Positions 9,933 through 19,266 are shown, counted from the stretch's first letter. The stretch is 54,062 nt of DNA from Trueperaceae bacterium (GCA_035703635.1 DASSXV010000002.1:1-54062); one strand, 5' to 3'. Made by a program: numbers and translations. Notes: generated by a model from the sequence alone, not told the origin.

Positions 9933-10759
9933 GCGCAAACAGCGCACGGAGCCTCGAGCGCCTGAGCCTCAACACTGCGACTGTGCGCGGCGCTGACCTG
10001 CTGGAGATGGTGGACGCCTGCGCCCGGCTTGGCATCGGCTGGATAGCCCCGTGGCGGGAACAGTTCGCCCTCGTGCCTGCTGACAAGGCGGCACGCGCCA
10101 TCAAGGACGCTGGCATGCGCGTGTCGAGCTTGTGCCGTGGGGGCTTCTTCCCGGCTGCCACGCAAGCCGAGCGCGACGCGCGCATCGATGAGAACCGGCG
10201 CGCCATCGATGAGGCAGCAGTGCTCGGCACCGACGTGCTCGTGCTCGTGTGCGGCGGGGTGGTGGCTAAGGACATTCGCGGCTCGCGTCAGATGGTGGAG
10301 GACGGCATCAGCGCGTTGCTGCCGTACGCTGCCGAGCGCGGTGTGCGGCTCGGCATCGAGCCTCTGCACCCGCTGTTCGCGGCCGACCGCTCCGTGATAG
10401 TCACCTTGGGCGAGGCGAACGCGCTCGCCCGGCGACTGGCTTCGCCATGGGCTGGCGTGGTGGTGGACGTTTATCACGTGTGGTGGTATCCGCAGGTGGA
10501 GGACGACATCAGCGCGACCGCGGAGCGCATCCTCGGCTTCCACGTCAACGACTGGATAGTGCCCCTGCCAGACATGCTGGCCGGGCGCGGCATGATGGGC
10601 GACGGCCACATCGATATCCGAGGGTTGCGGCTCGCCGTCGACGCGGCGGGTTATTTGGGGCCGATCGAGGTCGAGATCTTCAACGAGGCGTTGTGGGCAA
10701 GGCCCGTTGACGAGGTTCTGCGGCTGCTGCAAGACCGGTATCTGGCAACGGTGGCATGA
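9929..10759 (+). CDS. Sugar phosphate isomerase/epimerase (xylose isomerase-like TIM barrel)
   Basis: LCRGGFF, IEPLHP, DVYHVWW, RGMMGDG, EVEIF. Confidence 0.88.
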   Translation: MSANSARSLERLSLNTATVRGADLLEMVDACARLGIGWIAPWREQFALVPADKAARAIKDAGMRVSSLCRGGFFPAATQAERDARIDENRRAIDEAAVLGTDVLVLVCGGVVAKDIRGSRQMVEDGISALLPYAAERGVRLGIEPLHPLFAADRSVIVTLGEANALARRLASPWAGVVVDVYHVWWYPQVEDDISATAERILGFHVNDWIVPLPDMLAGRGMMGDGHIDIRGLRLAVDAAGYLGPIEVEIFNEALWARPVDEVLRLLQDRYLATVA

Positions 10760-10984
10760 CCGTCTCACCCCCGGCGCGGCGGCGCACCGAGGGGCCGAGC
10801 CGACAGGAAGAACGAGCGAACGCAGCCGAACGCCGCCAGCCTGTACCATGAGTCACTAGCTCTGCTATAAGCGGGGCGGGCGACCGCGAGAACCAGGCGT
10901 ATCCGCCTGCCTGCGAGCAAGTTCGGGGAGCGACCGGTCGCCCGTGCTTCGTGCAGCGAGAAGCTCACGACAGGAGTCACTCAC

Positions 10985-11884
10985 ATGGACGAGTTCGAAA
11001 TGCTTACTTCCCGGCGCAAGTCGGCAACGCTACCCCTCAACCGCTTGATCATCGTCGGCATCGTGTTACTGCTGGCGGCGGTCGTGCTCTTCTCCAGCGT
11101 GTTCACAGTCGATCAGGGCTACCGCGGCGTGGTCTTGCGCCTCGGTGCGGTCGAGCGCATCGCTGAGCCCGGACTTGGCTTCAAGGTGCCGCTCATCGAC
11201 CGCGTCGTCATGATGCGCGTGCAGACGAACTCGAAGATCTACGACCGCATGGAGACCTACTCCCGCGATCAGCAGCTCGCCGAGTTGCGCATGTCCGTGA
11301 CTTACCGCTTGGTGCCTGAGAAGGTTAACGAGGTCTACGCGCAGTTCGGCAGCGAGGAGGGCCTCGTTTCGCGCCTCATCGATCGCCGCGTCAACGAGCT
11401 ACTCCGCACGGTGTTCGGCCAGTTCAACGCCGTCGAAGCGATCCAGCAGCGCAGTTCCCTCAACCAGAAGGTCTTCGACGCCGTCATGGGAGTCATCGAT
11501 CCGGCCATCGTCGTCATCGAGTCGGTGCAGGTCGAGGACATCGCCTTCAGCTCCGCTTACGAGCAGTCGGTCGAGGCGCGCATGATGGCTGAGGTCGAGG
11601 TCCAGCGCCGCACTCAGGAGCTCGAGCAGCAGCGCATCCAGGCGCAGATCGTGGTCACGCAGGCGCAGGGCGCGGCGGACGCACGCGTCGCGGAGGCCAA
11701 GGCTCAAGCGGAAGCCACGCGCTTGGCGGGTGACGCCGAAGCGAGCGCCATCCGCGCCAAGGGCGAGGCGCTCCGCGACAATCCGCTACTCGTCAGCCTG
11801 ATAACGGCCGAGGCGTGGGACGGGGTGCTGCCGAGCACCATGTTGCCAGGCAGCACGCTGCCGTTCATCACGGTCGGGGAGTAA
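10985..11884 (+). CDS. SPFH/prohibitin family membrane protein
   Basis: N-terminal TM, GVVLRLG...PGLGFKVP, coiled-coil AEA repeats, WDGVLP. Confidence 0.9.
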   Translation: MDEFEMLTSRRKSATLPLNRLIIVGIVLLLAAVVLFSSVFTVDQGYRGVVLRLGAVERIAEPGLGFKVPLIDRVVMMRVQTNSKIYDRMETYSRDQQLAELRMSVTYRLVPEKVNEVYAQFGSEEGLVSRLIDRRVNELLRTVFGQFNAVEAIQQRSSLNQKVFDAVMGVIDPAIVVIESVQVEDIAFSSAYEQSVEARMMAEVEVQRRTQELEQQRIQAQIVVTQAQGAADARVAEAKAQAEATRLAGDAEASAIRAKGEALRDNPLLVSLITAEAWDGVLPSTMLPGSTLPFITVGE

Positions 11885-11915
11885 TCGGCGCGAGGCGCTA
11901 GGCCGCTGCCAGCGG

Positions 11916-12383
11916 CTACGCCCCCGCCAGGCGCGGGTCGAAGCGGAACGGCCGCGGCTCCCCCACTTGCATCTCTGCGTAGCGCGGGTGGCGCACGTTG
12001 ACGACGAGGTTCCTCTCGAGGGGGAGCACGGCGCTAGGCACCCGCAGCGCCAGACTGGCGCCGGAAGCCAACCAGGCGTCGCCGATGGCGGCCGTGCTGC
12101 GTGCGTCTGCCGCGTCGTCCCACCCTGAGGACAGTGCGGCTCTGTCGATGTCGAGGACGGCTGAGTCTGGCAGGCGCGCCTCGATGATCACGTAACTCGC
12201 CTCTAGCAGGGCAGGCCGCGCGTTGTGCGCCAGGACCTCGAGCGCCGCGATGGCCGGGGTGCAACCAAGGTACACGACTGGCCTGCCGACCGAGTTCCAG
12301 CGACCGCCGTATAGCCGAGCGCCCTCACCATCGAACGCCGTTGCCGCGTAGCGCGCCTTGAGGATGCGCCATGCCCTTATCAC
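11916..12383 (-). CDS. RES domain toxin (NAD+ phosphorylase family)
   Basis: AWRI..GEGARLYGGRWN..ALEV..VPSAVLP.ERN; GTG overlaps the antitoxin TGA. Confidence 0.9.
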   Translation of the reverse strand: MIRAWRILKARYAATAFDGEGARLYGGRWNSVGRPVVYLGCTPAIAALEVLAHNARPALLEASYVIIEARLPDSAVLDIDRAALSSGWDDAADARSTAAIGDAWLASGASLALRVPSAVLPLERNLVVNVRHPRYAEMQVGEPRPFRFDPRLAGA

Positions 12384-12841
12384 CCGAAGACGCCGTGCTC
12401 CATGCGGCCGAGGATGGCCAGCGCGCGCTCGGTGCCAGGTCCGTCTTTGGCGACGTCGAGTGGCGCGCCTTGCCCTAATGCCGCGGCCGGCGCGTGCAGC
12501 CACTCGACGGCGGCGGCCGCCGATTCGAGGACTTCGACCGCGCGGGCGTACAGGACGACGTAGCGCCACAGGCGGTCGCTCTCGGTCGCCTCGAAGCGCC
12601 CCGCCGCCTTGCGGCGGTAGAGGGTGCTCTCGCTTATCCGTAAGAGTGCGGCGAACTCGGCCTGCGTCAAGCGCAGCGCCTCGCACAGCTCCGCGAAAAC
12701 GCGGAAGGGTAACCCCTCCTCTATCCGGCGGCTGGCGTCCTTGAGGCTGACGTCCTTGCTGCGCAGGAGGCGCGCGACGGTGCGCTCTGCCGCCTCGGCG
12801 CCGACGGGCGCGGGTTCTGGGTTCCAAGTCTGCACTGCCAT
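12380..12841 (-). CDS. Xre/MbcA/ParS family antitoxin
   Basis: HTH (ISESTLYRRK), ESDRL, WL..P..ALG..PL, EHGVF; AGGAGG RBS. Confidence 0.9.
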   Translation of the reverse strand: MAVQTWNPEPAPVGAEAAERTVARLLRSKDVSLKDASRRIEEGLPFRVFAELCEALRLTQAEFAALLRISESTLYRRKAAGRFEATESDRLWRYVVLYARAVEVLESAAAAVEWLHAPAAALGQGAPLDVAKDGPGTERALAILGRMEHGVFG

Positions 12842-12853
12842 GTTCACCTCCTA

Positions 12854-12888
12854 ACTATCATATGACATTCCTAGACTATCATCTGTCA
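12854..12888. promoter_or_regulatory. Tandem operator pair for the Xre-RES operon
   Basis: ACTATCATATGACA (12854) and ACTATCATCTGTCA (12875), 21 bp apart, directly upstream of the antitoxin RBS. Confidence 0.6.
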
Positions 12889-14841
12889 GTGGCCGCCCGT
12901 CAGCGTCAGGCCGACCACTACGGGGTCGTGGTCGGACGAGCGGTACGGGTCGGGAGCGTAAAGCCCGCGCTGCGCGGTCGACTTGAAGGAGTTGCGGTAA
13001 TCGATCAGGTCGGGCTCGTCAGCGTTGATGTGCCACGCTGCCGCGCCCGTCACCTGGGCGCGCAGCGACGGGGTGGCGAAGGCGTAATCGAGCGAGCCAA
13101 CCAGACCGTCGAAGACGAACGTGTAAGCAGCGTCGCCCTCGAACTCTCGGAGGAGGTCGGTGAGGTCGTCCGCCGTGTCGTTCACCCCGTCGAACCCGGC
13201 GAGCGCGGCGCGGATGGGGTCCTCGAGGGCGTACGAGTTGAAGTCGCCGAGGATGAGGTAGTCGGGGTCGCGTGCGCCGGTCGGGTCCGTCGCCAACCAC
13301 GCGAGCAGGCGCTCGGCGGCGAGGGTGCGTGTGAGGTTGCAGTTGCCCTGGACGGCGTCGTCGTCGCCACGGCCACAACTCGAGCCCTTGCTCTTGAGGT
13401 GGTTGGCTACCGCCGTGAAGACACCGCCACCCACTTGCGCGAAGGTCTGTGCTAGCGCTGGCCGGTTGCGCGCCTCGCCCGCGTTTCTTGGGTTGACGAA
13501 CGCCGCGCTGTTCAACACTGCCGGTGCGCCCACCGGCGTTACGTGCGCTGGTTGGTAGATGAACGCCACGCGGATGGTGTCGCCGCCGATGGCTCCCGTC
13601 TCGACGTGAGCGTACGCGCCCGCGCCGACCGCCGCGTTGAGGCCGGCGACGAGGTCACTGATGGCGCCCTCGTCTTCATCGTTCTCGATCTCGAGGAGCG
13701 CCACGACGTGGGCGTCGAGTTCGCTGATGGCAGCCACGATCTTCGCGCGTTGGCGTTTCAACTCGGGTGCGTTGGCGGCGCCGCGGCACTCTGCCGTCCC
13801 CTTGGGGCCGCATGCGTTACCGAAGTCCTCGAAGTAGTTGAGGACGTTGAAAGCCGCCACGCGCAGTTCGCCGCCAACCGCTGGCACGCCCCCGCGTGGG
13901 TTGGTGGCGAAGTAGTCGGCGCCCGTCGTCGGCTGCACGCGGTAGGTGTCGAAGCTGTGGTCGAGTACGCCGGTGACGTTCGCGAGCATGTCTCCGCCGC
14001 GGAAGTGGTTCGTTTGGTCGTAGGGCAGGCCGTTCGGGTGGCGGGCGGGGCTTGGGTTCTGGCTGCCCCGGCCGTCGTCGAGCAGTATGCGGGAGCGCTC
14101 GAGGTAGCTGATGGCGTCGGTCACGCCGCGGGAGCGCGGGTCGAGCCAGCTGGTCGGCTGCTGCGGCCGGGCGCTCCCGGCCCGCGGGAGCGCCAACCAC
14201 ACCTCGCCGTAGCGGTCGAAGTCGAAGTACTCGGCTATCACTAGTTGCTGCGGGAAGGTGACGAGCATGCCTTCGTACGCCTCGAGGTCCGTGACGGCGT
14301 CGAGCGGCAGCGAGATGCGCGCCGGCGTCGGCAGCGGAACGTCGCTTGCGCACGTGATCACGGCGCTGACGTCGGAGATCTCGGTGAGGCCGTTGAACTC
14401 CACCACGCGGCCCGTTACGCGCACGCGGTCGCCGACGGCGACGTCCGTGCGCGAGTCGAAGACGTACACCCCTTCGCTGGTGCGCGGGTCGCCGTCCGCG
14501 CCTGCGTCCTCCTCCTGCACGGCGTAGCCTCCCAGGTTCGTGCCGAACGGCGTGTCGCCGTCGCCTCGCTGGAAGTCGCCCACCACCACGCCCTGGATGG
14601 TGACGGTGGCGCCGACGAGCGGGCTGGCGGCGCCACGGCCCTGCACGGCGTGGATCTTGGTGGCTGGCGCGTTGCAGGCGGCGGCCTCGTTGCGTCCATC
14701 GGTCGCTTGGCCGGCGCTTGGCGCCGTCTGCCCGGCTGCGCCGCCCGCGCCGAGCCGGGCCTTGGGGCTCGACCGCGAGGAGCAAGCGCCCAGGGTCAAC
14801 GTCAGTAGGACGACGACCAGCCAACTCGTGATCTTCCGCAC
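12886..14841 (-). CDS. ExeM/NucH family extracellular endonuclease, predicted lipoprotein
   Basis: LTLGAC lipobox; OB-fold GVVVGDF; FNVLNYF, NHLKSKG, GDFNSY, SSDHDP (EEP fold). Confidence 0.92.
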   Translation of the reverse strand: MRKITSWLVVVLLTLTLGACSSRSSPKARLGAGGAAGQTAPSAGQATDGRNEAAACNAPATKIHAVQGRGAASPLVGATVTIQGVVVGDFQRGDGDTPFGTNLGGYAVQEEDAGADGDPRTSEGVYVFDSRTDVAVGDRVRVTGRVVEFNGLTEISDVSAVITCASDVPLPTPARISLPLDAVTDLEAYEGMLVTFPQQLVIAEYFDFDRYGEVWLALPRAGSARPQQPTSWLDPRSRGVTDAISYLERSRILLDDGRGSQNPSPARHPNGLPYDQTNHFRGGDMLANVTGVLDHSFDTYRVQPTTGADYFATNPRGGVPAVGGELRVAAFNVLNYFEDFGNACGPKGTAECRGAANAPELKRQRAKIVAAISELDAHVVALLEIENDEDEGAISDLVAGLNAAVGAGAYAHVETGAIGGDTIRVAFIYQPAHVTPVGAPAVLNSAAFVNPRNAGEARNRPALAQTFAQVGGGVFTAVANHLKSKGSSCGRGDDDAVQGNCNLTRTLAAERLLAWLATDPTGARDPDYLILGDFNSYALEDPIRAALAGFDGVNDTADDLTDLLREFEGDAAYTFVFDGLVGSLDYAFATPSLRAQVTGAAAWHINADEPDLIDYRNSFKSTAQRGLYAPDPYRSSDHDPVVVGLTLTGGH

Positions 14842-14885
14842 GCCTCCACTCTCCCCTCGGCTAAGCCAAGCTACTACAGGCCCGC

Positions 14886-14936
14886 TTGACACCTCCAGAA
14901 GACCGACCTATCCTCTCAATACCCCAGTAACTGGGG
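14886..14936 (+). promoter_or_regulatory. sigma70-type promoter with an adjacent palindromic operator for DUF6504-dnaE2
   Basis: TTGACA(14886)-17 nt-TATCCT(14909); CCCCAGT-A-ACTGGGG at 14922-14936. Confidence 0.65.
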
Positions 14937-14993
14937 GTAACGGGGCGTCGCCTCGCACCGTTGGCAGCCCAAGCACCATCCAGACGAGGTTAC

Positions 14994-15305
14994 ATGCGCC
15001 TGCTCATGACCCAAGCCAGAGTCGCCCTCTCTGAGGCCGACACGCCAACCACAGTCGCGTGGGACGCCCCAGGGGGCCTCCCCTCCCCCGCCGCGGCACG
15101 CGGAGCCCCGGCCCGCCGGGCCCCGCGCCGCCCGGTGCCGACCAGGCGCGTGGCTAGCATCCTCGACTCGTGGCGCTACGACGGTCGTTGGTGGGAACCA
15201 CGCGAACTCCACCGCGACTACTACCTGCTCGAGTTGGAAGGCGGCGCGCAACTAGAGCTGTTCCGGGAGGGGGATGACTGGTGGGTGGCGAGAACGAGCG
15301 ACTGA
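14994..15305 (+). CDS. DUF6504 family protein (resembles ImuB C-terminal module)
   Basis: ILDSWRYDGRWW..RDYYLLEL..LELFR...W...D; overlaps the dnaE2 start. Confidence 0.75.
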   Translation: MRLLMTQARVALSEADTPTTVAWDAPGGLPSPAAARGAPARRAPRRPVPTRRVASILDSWRYDGRWWEPRELHRDYYLLELEGGAQLELFREGDDWWVARTSD

Positions 15306-18300
15306 CGGCTCTCCTCAACGTGCACTCCTACTTCAGCCTCGGCGCTGGCACGGCGAGCCCAACCACGCTCGTGGAGCGCGCCGCGGCCCTCGGCTACCGC
15401 TACCTGGCGCTCACGGACGACCTCAACGTGACGGGCGGCGTCGAGCTGTTCCAGGCGGCCCGTAAGCACGGCGTCAGGGCGCTGATCGGCGCAACCGTGC
15501 CCGTCAGCATCGAGGGTGAGGCGTACCCGTTCGTGCTCATCGCCGCCTCGCGCGCCGGGTACGGCACCCTCTGCAGGCTAATCAGCGTGGCGCACTCGCG
15601 CGACGAGAAGGACGTTCCGCTGTCCGTGCTCCTCGCGCATACTCACGACCTCATCCTTCTGTCCGGCCCGCGCGCTGGCGTGGTCGCCCAGTTGCTCGCC
15701 AAGCGCCGCGTTGCCGAACTCGAGAGGGTCTTGCGGCTACTGCAGGGGGCGTTCCCTGGGCGCTTCTACCTGCAGCTTTTCCACGACCGCTACCGTTGGG
15801 ACGCGCGCCGCGCCCGCGTCATCAGGCGTTTGGCGCAGAGCCTCGGGTTGCCTGTCGCGAGCGCGCCAGAGGTGCGTTACGCGGCCGCGGACGACTACCG
15901 CCTGTACGACGCCATCACGTGCGCGCGGCTAGGGATCAGCGTGCAGCAACCGCACGCCAAGCGGCCGCAGAACGCCTGTCAGGCCCTCCCGAGCCCCGGC
16001 GAGGCGTTGGGGCGCCTGCCGTTCCCAGACGCGGCCCTGAACGCCGCCTGGGTGGCTGAGAGCGCCTACTTCGAGCTGCTACCGGAGCGCCTCACCCCAC
16101 CAAAGGCGCGCGTTCCCGGCGGCGAGGCGCCGGAACGCTACTTGGAGGAGCGTTGTTACACGGCGCTGGTGCAGCGCTACGCGGGCGAACGTCTCGCGGA
16201 GGCGCGCACGCGCTTCGAGGAGGAGTTGACGACCATCCGCGCCCTCGGCCTTGCCGACTTCTTCCTCGTCGCCGCCGAGGTCACCGATTACTGCCGCCGC
16301 CACGGCATCTTGGCGGCGGGGCGCGGCTCGGCAGCGGCCAGCATCGTCTGCTACCTCTTGGGCATCACCATGGCGGACCCCCTGAAGCACGATCTGCTCT
16401 TCGAGCGCTTCCTGCACACGGGCAAGACGAGCATGCCTGACGTCGACATCGACATCTCGTCCGCGCGCCGCGACGAGGTGCTTGCGTGGGTCGAGGAGCG
16501 CTTCGGCGCAGACACGGAGGCCATGGTGTGCAACAAGATCACCTACCGCCTCCCCCTAGCCATCCAGGACCTTGGGCGCGCCCTCGGCCTGCCACCCGAA
16601 CTGCGCAACCGCCTAACGAAGGCGCTTGGGCGCGACTTCCGTGGGCTGCGGCCCACCAGCGCGGCCAAGGCGGAGGTCGTGCTGCGCGAGGTTTTCGGCG
16701 AGGCGCCCGTGGCCGACGCGTTCCTCGGCCTCCTCGGCAGCATGGAGCGCAAGCACGTGCGTCACCTCGCGCCGCACTCCGGCGGCGTGGTGCTGGCGCG
16801 CGACCCGCTAACGCACTACTCGCCGCTCGAACGTTCGAGCGGCGGCATCAAGCTCCTGCAACTCGACAAGGACGACGCCGAGGCCATGGGTCTCATCAAG
16901 CTCGACCTGCTCGGCCTGCGCATGTTGGCGGCGCTTGAGCGGGCGCGGGAGGAGGTCATGCGTCTCGACGGGGTGTGGCTCGACCTCGCCGAGCTTCCGG
17001 ACGACGTCCGCGTCTGGGACCTCATCTCCGAGGGAGCTACGTTGGGGCTGTTCCAAGTGGAGAGCCCGAGCCAGCAGCACACGAGCCGCGTCATGCGCAG
17101 CCGCAACCTGCGCGACCTCGCGCACCAGGTGGCCCTCATCCGTCCAGGGCCCATCCAGTCAGGCACGGTGCACCCGTACCTGCGCCGCAGGCAGGGGCTC
17201 GAGCCGGTCAGTTACTGGCACCCTAGCCTGCAGCCCATCCTCGAGAAGAGCTACGGCGTGCTCCTCTTCCAGGAGGACGTGCTGCGCATCGCCGTGCACT
17301 TCGCCGGCATGAGTTGGATCGAGGCCGACCGTTTCCGCAAGAAGGTGTCGGACTGGAGCGAGCCGTCAGACATCGAACCAGACAGGCGGATGTTCGTGGC
17401 AGGCGCCATGCGTCACGTGAACGCCACCTTGGAAGAAGCCGAACGGGTATTCGACGCCGTCAAGGGCTTCCAGGGTTTCGGCTTCGCCGAGTCTCACGCT
17501 TGGGCTTTCGCCATCCACGCCTACGCGAGCGGCTGGCTACGCGTGCACTACCCCGCCGAGTACTTGGCTGCCATCCTCACGGAGGAGCCGGGCATGTGGT
17601 CGCAGTCGACCAAGCGCCAGGAGGCGCGCGCGTGGGGCGTGCCCATGCTCCCGTTCGCCATCAACGCCAGCGGGGTGCATTACCGGTGCGAGCGCGTACG
17701 CCTAGCGGACGGCGCGCCGGCGAAGGCCGTGCGCCCTCCACTGTCGGCCGTGGCTGGCATCAGTCAGGACGTGGCGCGGCAAGTGCTGCTCGAGCGGTTG
17801 CAGCGCGGCCCGTACACGGGCATCGACGACGCCCACCAGCGTCTGACCCTCTCACGCGAGCAGTTCGAGGCATTAGCACGTGCGGGCGCGTTCGACGAGC
17901 TTCAGCCCCGCCGCGAGGTCCTCTACCGGGCGGGCGCGTTGGCCAACACCAGCCGAAGCGGTGAACGCGGGTTGTTCAGCGCCGCGCCGCAGGCGCCTGC
18001 GTTCGCGCCCCTCACCGTGCAGGAGCAGTACGTGTGGGACTACCAGACCACGCGCTTCAGCACCCTCGAGGTGCACGCCATCGACTTCGTGCGCGATCAA
18101 CTGCGCGAGCTTGCTTGCGTGCCCCTCGCGCGCTTGCGTCAGGTGCCGCGCAAGACCGTGGTGCGCACCGCGGGGCTCGTCGTCGGCAAGCAGCGGCCGC
18201 CTACGGCGAAGGGCTTCGCCTTCTACGTGCTCGAAGACGGCCCGGTGCGCGCGCAACTGATCATCTCACCCGACCTGTGGGACGCCCAGCGGGTGCTGCT

Positions 18301-18427
18301 GCGTGACGCTTCGATCCTGGTCGTCGACGCCGTGGTGGAGGACACGGGCTACCAGCTCACCCTCAAGGCCCAGACGCTCGCCGAGCTGCCGGCGCCGGTA
18401 ACCGTGCGGGGATACCACTTCGCTTGA
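15281..18427 (+). CDS. dnaE2: Error-prone DNA polymerase III alpha subunit
   Basis: PHP (HSYFS), GRGSAA, catalytic PDVDID and KLDLLGL, FAESHA, QRPPTAKG OB motif; short C-terminus. Confidence 0.92.
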   Translation: MGGENERLTALLNVHSYFSLGAGTASPTTLVERAAALGYRYLALTDDLNVTGGVELFQAARKHGVRALIGATVPVSIEGEAYPFVLIAASRAGYGTLCRLISVAHSRDEKDVPLSVLLAHTHDLILLSGPRAGVVAQLLAKRRVAELERVLRLLQGAFPGRFYLQLFHDRYRWDARRARVIRRLAQSLGLPVASAPEVRYAAADDYRLYDAITCARLGISVQQPHAKRPQNACQALPSPGEALGRLPFPDAALNAAWVAESAYFELLPERLTPPKARVPGGEAPERYLEERCYTALVQRYAGERLAEARTRFEEELTTIRALGLADFFLVAAEVTDYCRRHGILAAGRGSAAASIVCYLLGITMADPLKHDLLFERFLHTGKTSMPDVDIDISSARRDEVLAWVEERFGADTEAMVCNKITYRLPLAIQDLGRALGLPPELRNRLTKALGRDFRGLRPTSAAKAEVVLREVFGEAPVADAFLGLLGSMERKHVRHLAPHSGGVVLARDPLTHYSPLERSSGGIKLLQLDKDDAEAMGLIKLDLLGLRMLAALERAREEVMRLDGVWLDLAELPDDVRVWDLISEGATLGLFQVESPSQQHTSRVMRSRNLRDLAHQVALIRPGPIQSGTVHPYLRRRQGLEPVSYWHPSLQPILEKSYGVLLFQEDVLRIAVHFAGMSWIEADRFRKKVSDWSEPSDIEPDRRMFVAGAMRHVNATLEEAERVFDAVKGFQGFGFAESHAWAFAIHAYASGWLRVHYPAEYLAAILTEEPGMWSQSTKRQEARAWGVPMLPFAINASGVHYRCERVRLADGAPAKAVRPPLSAVAGISQDVARQVLLERLQRGPYTGIDDAHQRLTLSREQFEALARAGAFDELQPRREVLYRAGALANTSRSGERGLFSAAPQAPAFAPLTVQEQYVWDYQTTRFSTLEVHAIDFVRDQLRELACVPLARLRQVPRKTVVRTAGLVVGKQRPPTAKGFAFYVLEDGPVRAQLIISPDLWDAQRVLLRDASILVVDAVVEDTGYQLTLKAQTLAELPAPVTVRGYHFA

Positions 18428-18466
18428 CTGGCCTCTCCCCTACTCGCGGGTGGGGCTAAGTAAGGT

Positions 18467-18734
18467 GGGGAATCGGGGGGACGCAGGGTGTCTTGGCGCC
18501 GCCTGGCTCCGCCAAGTACCCTAGATTCCCCCTTACGCTAGCGAGAGTGCGGCCTCGCCTGTCCGTCCGCTCGCCGACAGCCCCCTCACAAGTACCCCTC
18601 GCTTCCCCTTTGGCCTCCCCGGTACCCCGCCTTCCCCACCTGCGGCGCGGTTCCCTGCCCGAAGAGAGAAACCTCACACAGCTAGCAGTACCGCGGTCTC
18701 CCCCGTTGGACGACCGGCGTCCCCGCGCTTCCCC
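18467..18734. repeat. Distal array of iteron-like repeats, mostly inverted
   Basis: Five GT(A/C)CC-N-T(T/C)CCCC-like units near 18516, 18592, 18622, 18688 and 18719, plus one forward GGGGAATCGGGGGGAC at 18467. Confidence 0.65.
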
Positions 18735-18741
18735 ACTACAG

Positions 18742-18769
18742 AAAAGCCCGGCGTGACGTCACGCCGGGC
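18742..18769 (-). terminator. Intrinsic terminator downstream of bcp/parB
   Basis: Perfect 24-bp palindrome GCCCGGCGTGACGTCACGCCGGGC followed by TTTT on the minus strand. Confidence 0.7.
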
Positions 18770-18792
18770 CGCCTTCCATGTGACCGCGATCG

Positions 18793-19266
18793 TTACGCTG
18801 CGGCCTTCAGTTCCTGGATGGCGCTCCTGATCTCCTCGGCATGGCCTTCTGGTACGACGTCATCCCACGCCCGTGCCACTCTCCCGCTCGGGTCGACGAG
18901 GTACGAGCGGCGGAAGACGCCCATCTTGACGACTCCGTCCTTACCCTTGTCTCCGTAGGCGCCGTACGCCTTGAGGGTCGTCAGCTCCGGGTCGACCAAC
19001 AACGGGAAGTTGAGGTCGTACTTACGCGCGAACGCCAGGTGGCTCTCCTGATCGTCGGCCGAGATGCCGAAGACCTTAGCGCCAACCCCCTCGAAGTGCG
19101 GTAACGCGTCGCGAAACTGACACGCTTCCGTCGTGCAGCCTGGCGTATCGTCCTTCGGGTAAAAGTACACGACGACCCATGACCCGAGCTGGTCTGACAG
19201 TCGCTGGATGTTGCCTGCCTGGTCAACCAGCGCGAAGTCTGGAGCCTTATCTCCTACCTTGAGCAT
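18793..19266 (-). CDS. bcp: Peroxiredoxin Bcp/PrxQ
   Basis: YFYPKDDTPGCTTEAC. Confidence 0.95.
   Translation of the reverse strand: MLKVGDKAPDFALVDQAGNIQRLSDQLGSWVVVYFYPKDDTPGCTTEACQFRDALPHFEGVGAKVFGISADDQESHLAFARKYDLNFPLLVDPELTTLKAYGAYGDKGKDGVVKMGVFRRSYLVDPSGRVARAWDDVVPEGHAEEIRSAIQELKAAA

Noticed and set aside
11916-12827. 303-aa ORF suggesting an extended RES toxin
   Set aside because: The N-terminal part is an off-frame read through the antitoxin gene; the real start is GTG 12383
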